Shown: piece after piece, positions 17,116 through 26,489 of the stretch
Position numbering within the stretch: the stretch's first letter is position 1
How the letters are laid out: each line of letters starts with the position of its first letter
Source of the DNA: Verrucomicrobiota bacterium
Lineage (GTDB): Bacteria > Verrucomicrobiota > Lentisphaeria > Lentisphaerales > Lentisphaeraceae
Direction: 5' to 3'
Length of the DNA stretch: 26,489 nucleotides
NCBI GenBank assembly: GCA_039798785.1
Contig: JBDKFG010000087.1
Coordinates: forward strand, 1-26,489
Notes under the pieces: model-generated
What the model was told of the DNA's origin: nothing
The model's input: the letters and a program-made list of their open reading frames with translations, nothing else
The model's database searches: none
Made by a program: the position numbers and the translations under genes

Positions 17116-17892
17116 TTAGTCGTGTTTGAGGCCGCGGCGAAATTCCCGCAGTTGGTGCAGCACCCAGGCGGGGGCATCGAGAGGCAGGTCGTGGCCGGCG
17201 CTTGGGTGAGTCGCCAGGGGCGCGTGGAGAGCACGGGACAGGGTGACGGAGCAGCTCGGGTGGACGAGGCGGTCGCCTAGCGAATTGAGCACGAGGATCG
17301 GGAGTTCGGACTGGGAGAAGGAGGCGGGCAGGCGGAACTTCGCCGCGGCGGCGAGCTGGCGCAGGGCGTTGCCGGTCTGCACCGGGCGATGGCCTTGGAT
17401 CTCGCTCCAGAGTGGAAGAGCGGCGCTTCTTGCTTCGGGCGAATTGGAGACCAGTCCCAGGATGCCTTCCTCGCGGTTCTGCGGATCGCGTCTCCAGAGG
17501 GTGCTGAGCAGGACTGGCCAGGCTCCCGGTGAAAGACGCCGGAAGAAAGGCGAAAGCCAGGCGGCCGAGCTGTTGATCAGCACCAGGCCGTCGAGCCGAC
17601 GTGGCCAGCCTTGCGCCAGAGACAGGCCCACCATGCCGCCGAGGGAGAGGGCGACCAGGATCCGGGGATGAGGCAGATCTGCGATCTGCTGCTCCAAGTC
17701 GGAAGCATAGTCGCCGATCGCCAGAGAGCTGCGCTCGCTGCGGCGTCGACCACAACCAGGCAGTTCTGGGCAGATGACGAGGTCGCCGGGAAAACACTGC
17801 CGGATCCTGTCGGGAAAATCGCCCCAGTGGCGGCTTTCGCGGACCAGACCGCGCAGCAGTATCCAGTGGACAGGGCGCGATTCAGCGGGCAT
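17116..17892 (-). CDS. Alpha/beta-fold hydrolase
   Basis: ILLRGLVRESRHW, nucleophile elbow ALSLGGM, GDRLV and AGHDLPLD. Confidence 0.9.
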   Translation of the reverse strand: MPAESRPVHWILLRGLVRESRHWGDFPDRIRQCFPGDLVICPELPGCGRRRSERSSLAIGDYASDLEQQIADLPHPRILVALSLGGMVGLSLAQGWPRRLDGLVLINSSAAWLSPFFRRLSPGAWPVLLSTLWRRDPQNREEGILGLVSNSPEARSAALPLWSEIQGHRPVQTGNALRQLAAAAKFRLPASFSQSELPILVLNSLGDRLVHPSCSVTLSRALHAPLATHPSAGHDLPLDAPAWVLHQLREFRRGLKHD

Positions 17893-18101
17893 ACCAGCGG
17901 TTCCTCAGGTTCTGGCCTGGCCAGGGCCGCAAGTAGCCGCCGCCCGCCAGATCCATCTGTGCATTCCGCATCAAGTGGGCGCCCCTGCCTTTGCAGTGAC
18001 TGCGATCTGCCATGCCGACCGGAGTGACTGCCGGGATGACGGCGATGCGGCTCATTTCGAGAAGCTGCCGCGAGGCATCATTCCAGCGGCTTGTCGAATC
18101 C

Positions 18102-19511
18102 CTACTTGAAGATTTCGCGCGGGTCGGCGAGGACGCCGGCGAGGGCGGCGGCGGCGGCCGAGGCGGGGCTCATCAGGATGGTGCGGCCGGTGGAGGAGCC
18201 CTGGCGGCCCTTGAAGTTGCGGTTCGAGGTCGAAGCGCAGAGCTGGTCGCCCTGGAGGCGGTCGGGGTTCATCGCCAGGCACATCGAGCAGCCGGCTTCG
18301 CGGAACTGGAAGCCGCGCTCGACAAAGAGCTTGTCGAGGCCCTGGGCGATGAGGTCCTTCTTGACCTGTTCGGAACCGGGGACGATGAGGGCGGTGACGT
18401 GCGGCGCGACCTTGCCGGAGTTCTTCTTGAGCAGACGCGCGACTTCCTCGAAGTCGCTGAGACGGGCGTTGGTGCAGGAGCCGATGAAGACCACGTCGAC
18501 CTTCTTGCCCAGCAAGGGCTGGCCCTCGGTGAACTTCATGTACTCGTAGGCTTCGCGGTAGAGCGGCTTCTCGGCCTCGGGTGCCTTGGCGACGCTGGGC
18601 AGGGCCTGGCTGATGCCGACCGACTGGGCAGGGGTGATGCCCCAGGTCATCATCGGCTCGATGTCGGCGGCGTCGTACTTGACCACGTCGTCGTAGCTGG
18701 CGTCGGCGTCGGAGCGGATCGAATTCCAGTAGGCGAGCGCCTTGTCCCAGGCTTCGGCCTTGGGAGCGGAGGGGCGGCCCTTCATGTAGTCGTAGGTGGT
18801 CTGGTCGGGGTTGACGTAGCCGATGCGGGCGCCGCCCTCGATGGCCATGTTGCAGACGGTCATGCGTTCGTCCATGCTCATCGCCTCGAAGGCGCTGCCG
18901 GCGAACTCGTAGCAGTAGCCGACGCCGCCGTTGACGCCGAGCTTGTTGATGATGTAGAGGACGACGTCCTTGGCGTAGACGCCGGGGCGGAGCTTGCCGT
19001 TGACTTCGATGCGGCGGACCTTGAGCTTCGAGACCGAGAGGGTCTGGGTGGCGAGGACGTCGCGCACCTGGGAGGTGCCGATGCCGAAGGCGAGGGAGCC
19101 GAAGGCGCCGTGGGTGGAGGTGTGCGAGTCGCCGCAGCAGATGGTCATGCCCGGCTGGGTGAGGCCGAGCTCGGGGGCGATGATGTGGACGATGCCCTGC
19201 CTGCCGGAGCCGGCGTGATGGAAGACGATGCCGTGCTCGCGGGTGTTCTTCTCGAGGGCCTGGAACATCTCCTCGGCCTGGGCATCCTTGAGGGGGCGGA
19301 GCTGGGAATCGGTGGGGATGATGTGGTCGACGGTGGCGACGGTGCGCTCGGGGTACATCACCTTCCAGCCGCGGTCCTTGAGCATCTCGAAGGCCTGCGG
19401 CGAGGTGACCTCGTGGATCATGTGCAGGCCCATCATCAGCTGGTACTGGCCGGACGGCAGGCGGGTCACGGTGTGCAGATCGAAGACTTTGTCGTAGAGG
19501 TTCTTGCCCAT
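18102..19511 (-). CDS. leuC: 3-isopropylmalate dehydratase large subunit
   Basis: [38 protein letters not shown] and [12 protein letters not shown]. Confidence 0.96.
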   Translation of the reverse strand: MGKNLYDKVFDLHTVTRLPSGQYQLMMGLHMIHEVTSPQAFEMLKDRGWKVMYPERTVATVDHIIPTDSQLRPLKDAQAEEMFQALEKNTREHGIVFHHAGSGRQGIVHIIAPELGLTQPGMTICCGDSHTSTHGAFGSLAFGIGTSQVRDVLATQTLSVSKLKVRRIEVNGKLRPGVYAKDVVLYIINKLGVNGGVGYCYEFAGSAFEAMSMDERMTVCNMAIEGGARIGYVNPDQTTYDYMKGRPSAPKAEAWDKALAYWNSIRSDADASYDDVVKYDAADIEPMMTWGITPAQSVGISQALPSVAKAPEAEKPLYREAYEYMKFTEGQPLLGKKVDVVFIGSCTNARLSDFEEVARLLKKNSGKVAPHVTALIVPGSEQVKKDLIAQGLDKLFVERGFQFREAGCSMCLAMNPDRLQGDQLCASTSNRNFKGRQGSSTGRTILMSPASAAAAALAGVLADPREIFK

Positions 19512-19563
19512 GGAGGATCCTTGTTGGTGTGTTATCAGAAATGGGGTTCGGCGCGGCGGCGGC

Positions 19564-19878
19564 TCAAGTCTTGAGGCTGCCTGGGAGGATCTTGACGTCG
19601 TCGCCTTCGCAGAGGAAAGCGCTCATCCATTGATCCTGGGGGAGGTGGCGTCCGTTGACGGTGACGGTGGCGCTGCCGGGCTTGGCGATGTCGAAGCCGC
19701 GGAACATGACGAGGATGCCGATCGGGCTGGGGCTGCAGGTCGCTCCCTCGCCGTTGATCGTGGCGTTGATGGGGGCCGCAAGAGGATCGGGCTTGAGGTT
19801 CATGATCATCTTGGAGACTTCGGGACTGAGGGCTTGGAATCCCGAGGATTTGAATGCGGACTTGGCTTTCTTGGCCAT
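19564..19878 (-). CDS. ThiS/MoaD-like beta-grasp protein with an N-terminal extension and no C-terminal Gly-Gly (104 aa)
   Basis: ATINGE...[13 protein letters not shown]...[10 protein letters not shown], ending PGSLKT. Its RBS GGAGG is formed by the Gly-Gly codons of thiS. Confidence 0.7.
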   Translation of the reverse strand: MAKKAKSAFKSSGFQALSPEVSKMIMNLKPDPLAAPINATINGEGATCSPSPIGILVMFRGFDIAKPGSATVTVNGRHLPQDQWMSAFLCEGDDVKILPGSLKT

Positions 19879-19880
19879 GC

Positions 19881-20096
19881 TCAACCTCCTGGCGCGGCGA
19901 TGACGATGTCGAGGCGGCAGCCGTCGCGAAGCACGGTTTCGCTCCAGGCTTGGCGGGGCACGACCTGGCCGTCGAGGGCGGCGGCGAGGCCGCGGCGCGA
20001 GGCGTCGATTCCCTGGGCGGCCAGGACGGCGGCGAGGGTGCTGCCGACGGGGTGGGGCTGCAGCTGGCCGTTGATCTTGATCTGGATGCTGGACAC
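19881..20096 (-). CDS. thiS: Sulfur carrier protein ThiS
   Basis: IKINGQ...AAALDGQVVPRQAW....LRDGCRLDIV and C-terminal GG; GTG start. Confidence 0.88.
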   Translation of the reverse strand: MSSIQIKINGQLQPHPVGSTLAAVLAAQGIDASRRGLAAALDGQVVPRQAWSETVLRDGCRLDIVIAAPGG

Positions 20097-20199
20097 GGGG
20101 GGTTCCTGGAGAATTGGATTCCTACAATACCGCGCATCGATGCTCGGCCAAGAGTCGATGCCGCATTCCTCATGGAATTCAATTTGTAGCGACTTGGCA

Positions 20200-20241
20200 A
20201 AAACAGGGAAAGGAATACAGGTCCCGGAGCTCCGGGACCTG
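20200..20241 (-). terminator. Perfect 24-bp palindrome with a T-rich tail downstream of cysK (probable terminator)
   Basis: CAGGTCCCGGAGCTCCGGGACCTG (20218-20241), followed on the minus strand by TATTCCTTTCCCTGTTTTT. Confidence 0.5.
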
Positions 20242-20274
20242 ACTGGAGAGGTGCCGTGTTTGGCGTGAGAGTGA

Positions 20275-21210
<936 letters not shown>

Positions 21211-21346
21211 GATGCCTCCGGGGTTGTACTGAAAGATAAGGGTTTGAATGCGGCCGCGCCAGCGCTTAGGACAAAAGGGGTGGCTCGGAGAGATCCATTA
21301 TTCTAACTATGAAATACAGGAAATGCACGGCGGCGGCGGGTTCCGC

Positions 21347-22492
21347 TCAGTAGCATTTCAGCACTTTTTGAAGGGCATTGAGGAAGGCGGCGACTTCTTC
21401 GCAGCTGCTGTAGCGGCTGAAGCTCACCCGCAGGGCGGCAAAGGCGAGCTCGCGGGGCAGGCCCATGGCGGTCAGGGTCTTGTTCGGGCTGCGGGTTTCA
21501 GCGCTGCAGGCGCTGCCGGTGCCGACGGCGATGTCTTCGGAACCCAGGGCCCTTGCCAGGATCGCACCTTCGCTGCCGGGCAGGCAAAACATGACGATGA
21601 AGGGGCTGGCTTCGTCGCCTCCCGGAAACACCGGGACGATGGCGCGGCCCTTCGCATCGACCAGCCTTTCCAGTCCCTCGCGGAGCTGTCGCCGCAGCGC
21701 CAAGGCCCTTTCCGTCGCGACCGGACGCTCTTTCTCGGCGAGCTGCGCCGCCCGCGCCAGGTTGAGGGCGCTGGCCGCGTCCAGGGTCCCGGCGCGCAGG
21801 GCGTCCTGCTGCCCGCCGCCGAGGAGCTGCGGCTTCAGTTTCAAGTCGCGGCGGCAGATCAGGGCGCCGCTTGAGTGCGGCCCGTGGAATTTGTGGCCGC
21901 CGATGGCGAGGGAATCGGGGCGGCACTTGTCCCAGTCGCAGGGCGCCTTGCCGAGGCCTTGGACGAAGTCGACATGCCAGCGGGCCTTCGGCGCCTTTTC
22001 GTCGATCAGGCGGCGCCAGGCCGGCAGATCCGCCACCGCGCCGCTTTCGTTGTGGACTGCGGTGCAAATCACCAGCGCCGTCTGCGGATTCAGCGCCGCG
22101 GCGAGGGCCTCGAGCGGGATCGCGCCGCGGCGGTCGGGAGCGAGGGAGCGCAGGACGATGCCTCGCGAAGCGAGCTGGCGCAGCGGTTCCAGCACCGAGG
22201 GGTGGTCGATGCTGGAGTGGACCACTTCGTCGCCGGCCTGGAGCTCGGCGCCGAAGATGGCCAGATTGTTGCCTTCGGTGCCGCCGGAGTTCCAGATCAC
22301 CCGCAGGCCGCCGGACTTGGCGCCGAGCGCGGTGAGCAGCTCGCCGGCGGCGCTGTCGAGGGCCCTCCGGCAGGCCAGGGCGAGATGATGCCCGGCGCTG
22401 GGATTGGCGAAGTAGCGCCCCTGGTTTTCGGCCATGTATCCCTGCAGTTCCGGAGCGGGGCAGGTGGAGGCGGCGTTGTCGAGGTAGATCAT
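21347..22492 (-). CDS. iscS: Cysteine desulfurase, IscS/NifS class I family
   Basis: MIYLDNAAST, NSGGTEGNN, GHKFHGP, RAGT and GSACS catalytic cysteine. Confidence 0.88.
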   Translation of the reverse strand: MIYLDNAASTCPAPELQGYMAENQGRYFANPSAGHHLALACRRALDSAAGELLTALGAKSGGLRVIWNSGGTEGNNLAIFGAELQAGDEVVHSSIDHPSVLEPLRQLASRGIVLRSLAPDRRGAIPLEALAAALNPQTALVICTAVHNESGAVADLPAWRRLIDEKAPKARWHVDFVQGLGKAPCDWDKCRPDSLAIGGHKFHGPHSSGALICRRDLKLKPQLLGGGQQDALRAGTLDAASALNLARAAQLAEKERPVATERALALRRQLREGLERLVDAKGRAIVPVFPGGDEASPFIVMFCLPGSEGAILARALGSEDIAVGTGSACSAETRSPNKTLTAMGLPRELAFAALRVSFSRYSSCEEVAAFLNALQKVLKCY

Positions 22493-22533
22493 GGCGGCTC
22501 CATTCGGAAGGTTGAAAGGTGGAAAACTCAGGT

Positions 22534-23859
22534 TCAGCCGCAGACTTCGCGGATCGCTGCGGTGAGCGCAATTTCAAGCTGCTGGAATTCCGCTTCCCCG
22601 GCGATCAGGGGCGGCATCAGGTAGAGGGTGTCGCCGAGAGGGCGCAGCAAGGCGCCGTGGGCCGCGGCGGCGCGGCAGATCCGCCATCCGCGCCGCTCCT
22701 GTTTCGGCCAAGGCCGGCCGCTGCCGTCGTGCAGATCGGCGGCGGCGACAAAGCCGCGGCCCCGCACAGGGCCGAGAAGCCCCGTCGCGGCGGCGACGTT
22801 TTTCAGAGTCTGGCGTAGACGCGGCGCCTGCTCGCGGACATGCCCGAGAACTTCTCCCCGCTTCAAAATCCGCAGCGAGGCCAGCGAAGCCGCGACGCCG
22901 ATGGCGTTGCCGCAATAGGTGTTCGAATGGAGGAAGGCGCGGCCGGTGGAGTAATCGTCGTAAAAACCCTGGTAGATGCGCTCGCGGGTGAGCACGGCCG
23001 AGAAGGGCGAGAAGCCGGAGCTCAGGCCCTTCGACAGGACGGCGAAATCGGGCGAGACCCCGGCGAGGCGGGAGGACAGCATTTCGCCGAGGCGGCCGCA
23101 GCCGTTCATGATCTCGTCGGTGATCAAGTGCACGCCGTTTTGCTCGGTCCATCGACGCAGACGGCGGAGCAGTTCGGGATCGAGGCAGAGCATCCCGCCG
23201 GCGCCTTGGATCAGGGGTTCGAGAACGACGCAGGCGAGCTCTTCGGCCTGGTCCTCGAGCTGGCTCCGGATCGCCGGCCACCAGGATTCAGGATCGGGGC
23301 GAACGAAGGCTTCGTCGCCGAGGTCGTGCGGCGGATTTTCGAGCTTGAGGACGGGCGGCAGGGCGCCGCGGAAAGGGCCGGAGTAGAGGTCGCAATCGCC
23401 GAGGGCCATGGTGAGCAGGGTTTCGCCGTGGTAGCCGTGCCGCAGACTGGCGAGGCGACGGCGTTTCGGCGCGCCGTTCTGGGCGTGGAATTGCAGCGAC
23501 ATCTTGACCGCGATTTCGACCGCGTCGGAGCCGGAGTCGGCGAAGAAGCAGCGCTGCAGATTCGGGTCGAGCAGGGCCAGTTCCTCGCCCAGCTCGACGA
23601 TGTTGCGGTTGGTCGTCCCGGCGAAGATGACGTGCTCGAAATCGAGCATCTGGCGGCGCACTGATTCCAGCACTTCGGGATGACCGTGGCCGAGGCTTTT
23701 ACACCACCACGAAGACAGGCCGTCGACCAGCTCGCGTCCGTCGGCGAGGCGGATGCGGCAGCCCTGTGCCGAAACCACTTCGAGCAAGGGCTGCTCTTCG
23801 TGGTCCTTCATCTGGGTGCAGGGATGCCAGAGGTGGCGGAGGTCGCGGGAGGAGAGCAT
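22534..23859 (-). CDS. bioA: Adenosylmethionine-8-amino-7-oxononanoate aminotransferase
   Basis: LWHPCTQMK, DGLSSWW, YHGET, DEI..G.GR.G, LSKGL and FLHSNTYCGN. ATG at 23859; the upstream extension is simple repeat. Confidence 0.92.
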   Translation of the reverse strand: MLSSRDLRHLWHPCTQMKDHEEQPLLEVVSAQGCRIRLADGRELVDGLSSWWCKSLGHGHPEVLESVRRQMLDFEHVIFAGTTNRNIVELGEELALLDPNLQRCFFADSGSDAVEIAVKMSLQFHAQNGAPKRRRLASLRHGYHGETLLTMALGDCDLYSGPFRGALPPVLKLENPPHDLGDEAFVRPDPESWWPAIRSQLEDQAEELACVVLEPLIQGAGGMLCLDPELLRRLRRWTEQNGVHLITDEIMNGCGRLGEMLSSRLAGVSPDFAVLSKGLSSGFSPFSAVLTRERIYQGFYDDYSTGRAFLHSNTYCGNAIGVAASLASLRILKRGEVLGHVREQAPRLRQTLKNVAAATGLLGPVRGRGFVAAADLHDGSGRPWPKQERRGWRICRAAAAHGALLRPLGDTLYLMPPLIAGEAEFQQLEIALTAAIREVCG

Positions 23860-23881
23860 TGGGGGGAGGGGGGTTGAGGTC

Positions 23882-23908
23882 TGGGACGGATGGGACGGAT
23901 GGGACGGA
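23882..23908. repeat. 9-nt tandem repeat (TGGGACGGA)x3 between mqnC and bioA
   Basis: Read directly. Confidence 0.8.
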
Positions 23909-23980
23909 AACAAGTTGAAGCTGAAGGTGAGCTCATTCCTTCTCAGCTGAAGTGTCTTTCGTGGTCAAATTGAGCTTCGT

Positions 23981-25021
23981 TCAAGCCTTCACCCGTTCAT
24001 AATAAGTATTCCGTTGCACCGGGGTGTAGCCCGCTTCGCTGATCATGGCGCGGACCCCTTCGACCGTGGTCTTGTTGACGAAGCCCGCTTCGGCGTGGAC
24101 GTTTTCTTCGAAGAGGGTGCCGCCGAAGTCGTCGGCGCCGTAGGTGAGCGAGCTCATGCCGGTCTCCTTGCCTTCGGAGAACCAGGAGGCCTGGATGTGC
24201 GGGAAGTTGTCGAGGTAGATCCGCGAGAAGGCGAGGATGCGGTAGTAGTCTTCGGCGGTGGTGACCCGGTCGACCTTGCGGCCGAGGAGGGTGTTGTCCT
24301 TCTTGTAGGACCAGGGGACGAAGGCAGTGAAGCCTTTTGTGCGATCTTGAATGGCGCGAATGGCTTCGAGGTGTTCGACGATCGATTCGGGGTCTTCGCG
24401 GTGGCCGTACATCATGGTGGCGGTGGAGACCATGCCGATCTGGTGGGCCGTCTCGTGGATTTCCAGCCATTGGGCGACTGGCTGCTTCTTCGGCGAGATG
24501 CGATTGCGGACGCGTTGCGACAGGATTTCGGCGCCGCCGCCGGGAAGCGAGCGTTGGCCGGCGTCGTAGAACTGCTGCAGCACCTCGCGGATGCTGAGAC
24601 CGCAAACTTCGGCGATGTTGCCGATTTCCGGGGCCGACCAGAAGTGCGGCGCGATCTCGGGGAATTCCGCCTTGCACATGCGGATGATCGCGAGGTAGTA
24701 GTCCATCTTCAGGTCGGGATGCAGGCCGCCCTGCAGGAGGACCGTCGTGGCCCCGAGCGAGCGGGCGTTAATGAAGAACTGCCGCACCTGGTCGAGAGTC
24801 AGGGTGTAGCCTTCCTTGTCGTCGCCGGGCTCGCGGTAGAAGGCGCAGAAGAGGCAGTCGGCGGTGCAGATGTTGGTGTAGTTCGGGTTGGTGTCGACGA
24901 CGTAGGTGACTTCGCCGGGGGGATTCTTGGCGTTGCGGATGGCCACCGCCTGCTGCTGCAGGTCGAAGAGGCTGGCGCTCTTGAGGAGTTCGACACCTTG
25001 CTCGGGGGAGATGCGGCTCAT
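23981..25021 (-). CDS. mqnC: Cyclic dehypoxanthinyl futalosine synthase (CofH/MqnC radical SAM)
   Basis: NPNYTNICTADCLFCAF (CxxxCxxC), LLQGGLHP, SLPGGGAEIL, TATMMYGH and DDFGGTLFEENV. ATG at 25021. Confidence 0.88.
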   Translation of the reverse strand: MSRISPEQGVELLKSASLFDLQQQAVAIRNAKNPPGEVTYVVDTNPNYTNICTADCLFCAFYREPGDDKEGYTLTLDQVRQFFINARSLGATTVLLQGGLHPDLKMDYYLAIIRMCKAEFPEIAPHFWSAPEIGNIAEVCGLSIREVLQQFYDAGQRSLPGGGAEILSQRVRNRISPKKQPVAQWLEIHETAHQIGMVSTATMMYGHREDPESIVEHLEAIRAIQDRTKGFTAFVPWSYKKDNTLLGRKVDRVTTAEDYYRILAFSRIYLDNFPHIQASWFSEGKETGMSSLTYGADDFGGTLFEENVHAEAGFVNKTTVEGVRAMISEAGYTPVQRNTYYERVKA

Positions 25022-25164
25022 GGAATTTCCTGGGTTGATTTCAGCCTCGAAGTATAGTCCGATAGCTTGGGATTGCACCCCACCAAGACTCTCAGGCCTC
25101 ATCGCACTTTGCCCTTGCCGCTCTATTTTTGCGGCCTTCACAACCGCATTTCCCGGAAATCCCC

Positions 25165-26235
25165 ATGACCTGGCTCCGCCCCCGTGCCTTCCCCCTCCGA
25201 CTGAAGGAGATCCCTTACTCGCCGCCCCTGGTGCAGGCGCCGATGGAGGGCGTCACCAATTTCCAAGTGCGCAACGCCTTCGCCCGGCTCGGCGGGGTCG
25301 GCCTTTTGACCACCGAATTCGTCCGGGTCTCGAGCGGCGCCTTGACCGAGAAGGTGATGCGCCGCCACGTCCTGAAAACCCCGGGGATACCTCTTGCGGT
25401 GCAGATCATGGGCAACGAGCCCGAGCTGATGGCCGAGTCGGCCCGGGTCGCGGCCCTCTGCGGCGCCGATGTCGTCGACGTCAACCTCGGCTGCCCGACC
25501 AAACGCGCATTGAAGGGAAATGTCGGCGCCGCGATGCTGCGCGATCCCGAGCTCTGCCACCGCGTCCTCCTGGCGATGCGCGAGCAAGTTCCCGGCCTCT
25601 TTTCGGCCAAGATCCGCGCCGGTTTCGAGGAGACTTCCCACGTCTACGCCATCGCCGACGCGATCCGTGCCGCGGGGGTCGACTTCCTCACCGTCCATCC
25701 TCGCCGCCGCAAGGACGGCTTTCGCGAGGGGACTTGCGACTGGCGGATCATCGGCCTTTTGGCCGAGAAGCTCGACCTGCCGGTGATCGGCAACGGCGAC
25801 GTCTGGTGCGCCAGCGACAGCCGCCGGATGATGCAGGAAACCGGGTGTGCCGCGGTGATGATCGGCCGCGGCGCGATGCGCAACCCTTTCATCTTCCGTC
25901 AAAGCGCCGCCCTGCTGCGCGGCGAGGAGCCGGAAAGTCCCGATCTGGTCCTTCTGCTCGCCTGGTATCGCCAACTCGCGGCGGAATGCCTCGAAGCCTT
26001 CGGCGGCCACGAAGGCGGCACCCTCGCCCGCCTCAAGGAGGCACTGGTCTATTTCTCCGCTTCGGTGCGCGACGGCATTCCCTGGCGCAGCGCCATGGTC
26101 CGCTCGACCCGCCTGGAGGAAGCCTTCGAGCACCTCGAGCGTCTCCTCTCTGAACGCCCCCTGGAGGACTTCGATCTCTTCGCTGAACGAGCGCCGTGGG
26201 CGAGGAATCCCGGTGGAGCGGATTGCAGTGAATAG
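25165..26235 (+). CDS. dus: tRNA-dihydrouridine synthase family protein
   Basis: APMEGVT, DVNLGCP, GAAML, TVHPR, IGNGDV and MIGRG. Confidence 0.92.
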   Translation: MTWLRPRAFPLRLKEIPYSPPLVQAPMEGVTNFQVRNAFARLGGVGLLTTEFVRVSSGALTEKVMRRHVLKTPGIPLAVQIMGNEPELMAESARVAALCGADVVDVNLGCPTKRALKGNVGAAMLRDPELCHRVLLAMREQVPGLFSAKIRAGFEETSHVYAIADAIRAAGVDFLTVHPRRRKDGFREGTCDWRIIGLLAEKLDLPVIGNGDVWCASDSRRMMQETGCAAVMIGRGAMRNPFIFRQSAALLRGEEPESPDLVLLLAWYRQLAAECLEAFGGHEGGTLARLKEALVYFSASVRDGIPWRSAMVRSTRLEEAFEHLERLLSERPLEDFDLFAERAPWARNPGGADCSE

Positions 26236-26275
26236 CGAGCGTTGAGGCTTTTCTCTCGCTCATTCGGTAATGAAC

Positions 26276-26342
26276 CCTAAATTCCGCAGCAGCGGAATGG
26301 GACCGGGTTGAAAGGTTCGAAGGTTGGAAGGCAAACACATGA
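26276..26342 (+). repeat. Second copy of the left end of the MITE-like element
   Basis: Near-identical to 16561-16619 (CCTAAATTCCGCAGCAGCGGAATGG...GGGTTGAAAGG..TTGGAAGG.AAACACATGA), with one extra 8-mer TTCGAAGG. Confidence 0.85.
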
Positions 26343-26489
26343 GTGCGCCGCGGCGAGGGCAAGCCGGAGACCTTCAATTTCCTCGGGTTCACCCACATCT
26401 GCGGGCAAAGCCGACGGGGCGATTTCCAGCTCAAGCGGAAATCCCGTCGCGACCGGATGCAGGCGAAACTCAAGGAGATCAAGGACGAG
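26343..26489 (+). pseudogene. ltrA: Group II intron reverse transcriptase/maturase fragment (end of RT domain into domain X), 5'-truncated, running off the window
   Basis: Hand translation from 26343: VRRGEGKPETFNFLGFTHICGQSRRGDFQLKRKSRRDRMQAKLKEIKDE. An in-frame TGA lies immediately upstream, so RT domains 0-6 are absent here. Confidence 0.85.

Noticed and set aside
17882..18055. About 57-aa minus-strand ORF between leuC and the hydrolase
   Set aside because: No RBS or recognisable motif; could be chance.

Overview
GC-rich bacterial DNA, possibly PVC superphylum (inference from a DUF4032-like microprotein and futalosine-pathway mqnC). The window has two halves. Left (1 to ~13.8 kb) is accessory DNA ending in a tyrosine integrase. 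It holds a translationally coupled pair of microproteins, one made only of three retroviral-type CCHC zinc knuckles. It also holds a 2479-aa repetitive RTX/T1SS-type adhesin with an AT-rich tip and a highly structured 5' leader, a putative RHH/Lar-like fusion with its own sigma70 promoter, and an AT-rich 658-codon orphan ORF converging on the integrase. A REPIN-like palindrome and two further hairpins sit at the boundary. Right (14.3-26.5 kb) is mostly core genes: selO, a short cbiX, a DUF4032-like microprotein, an alpha/beta hydrolase, leuC, thiS plus a ThiS-like paralog lacking Gly-Gly, cysK, a cysteine desulfurase, bioA, mqnC and dus. A ~207-bp MITE-like element with a 5-bp flanking duplication lies at 16.6 kb. 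A second copy of its left end at 26.3 kb is joined, exactly at a GTGCG, to a group II intron reverse-transcriptase fragment. All calls come from motif reading by eye; no searches were run.
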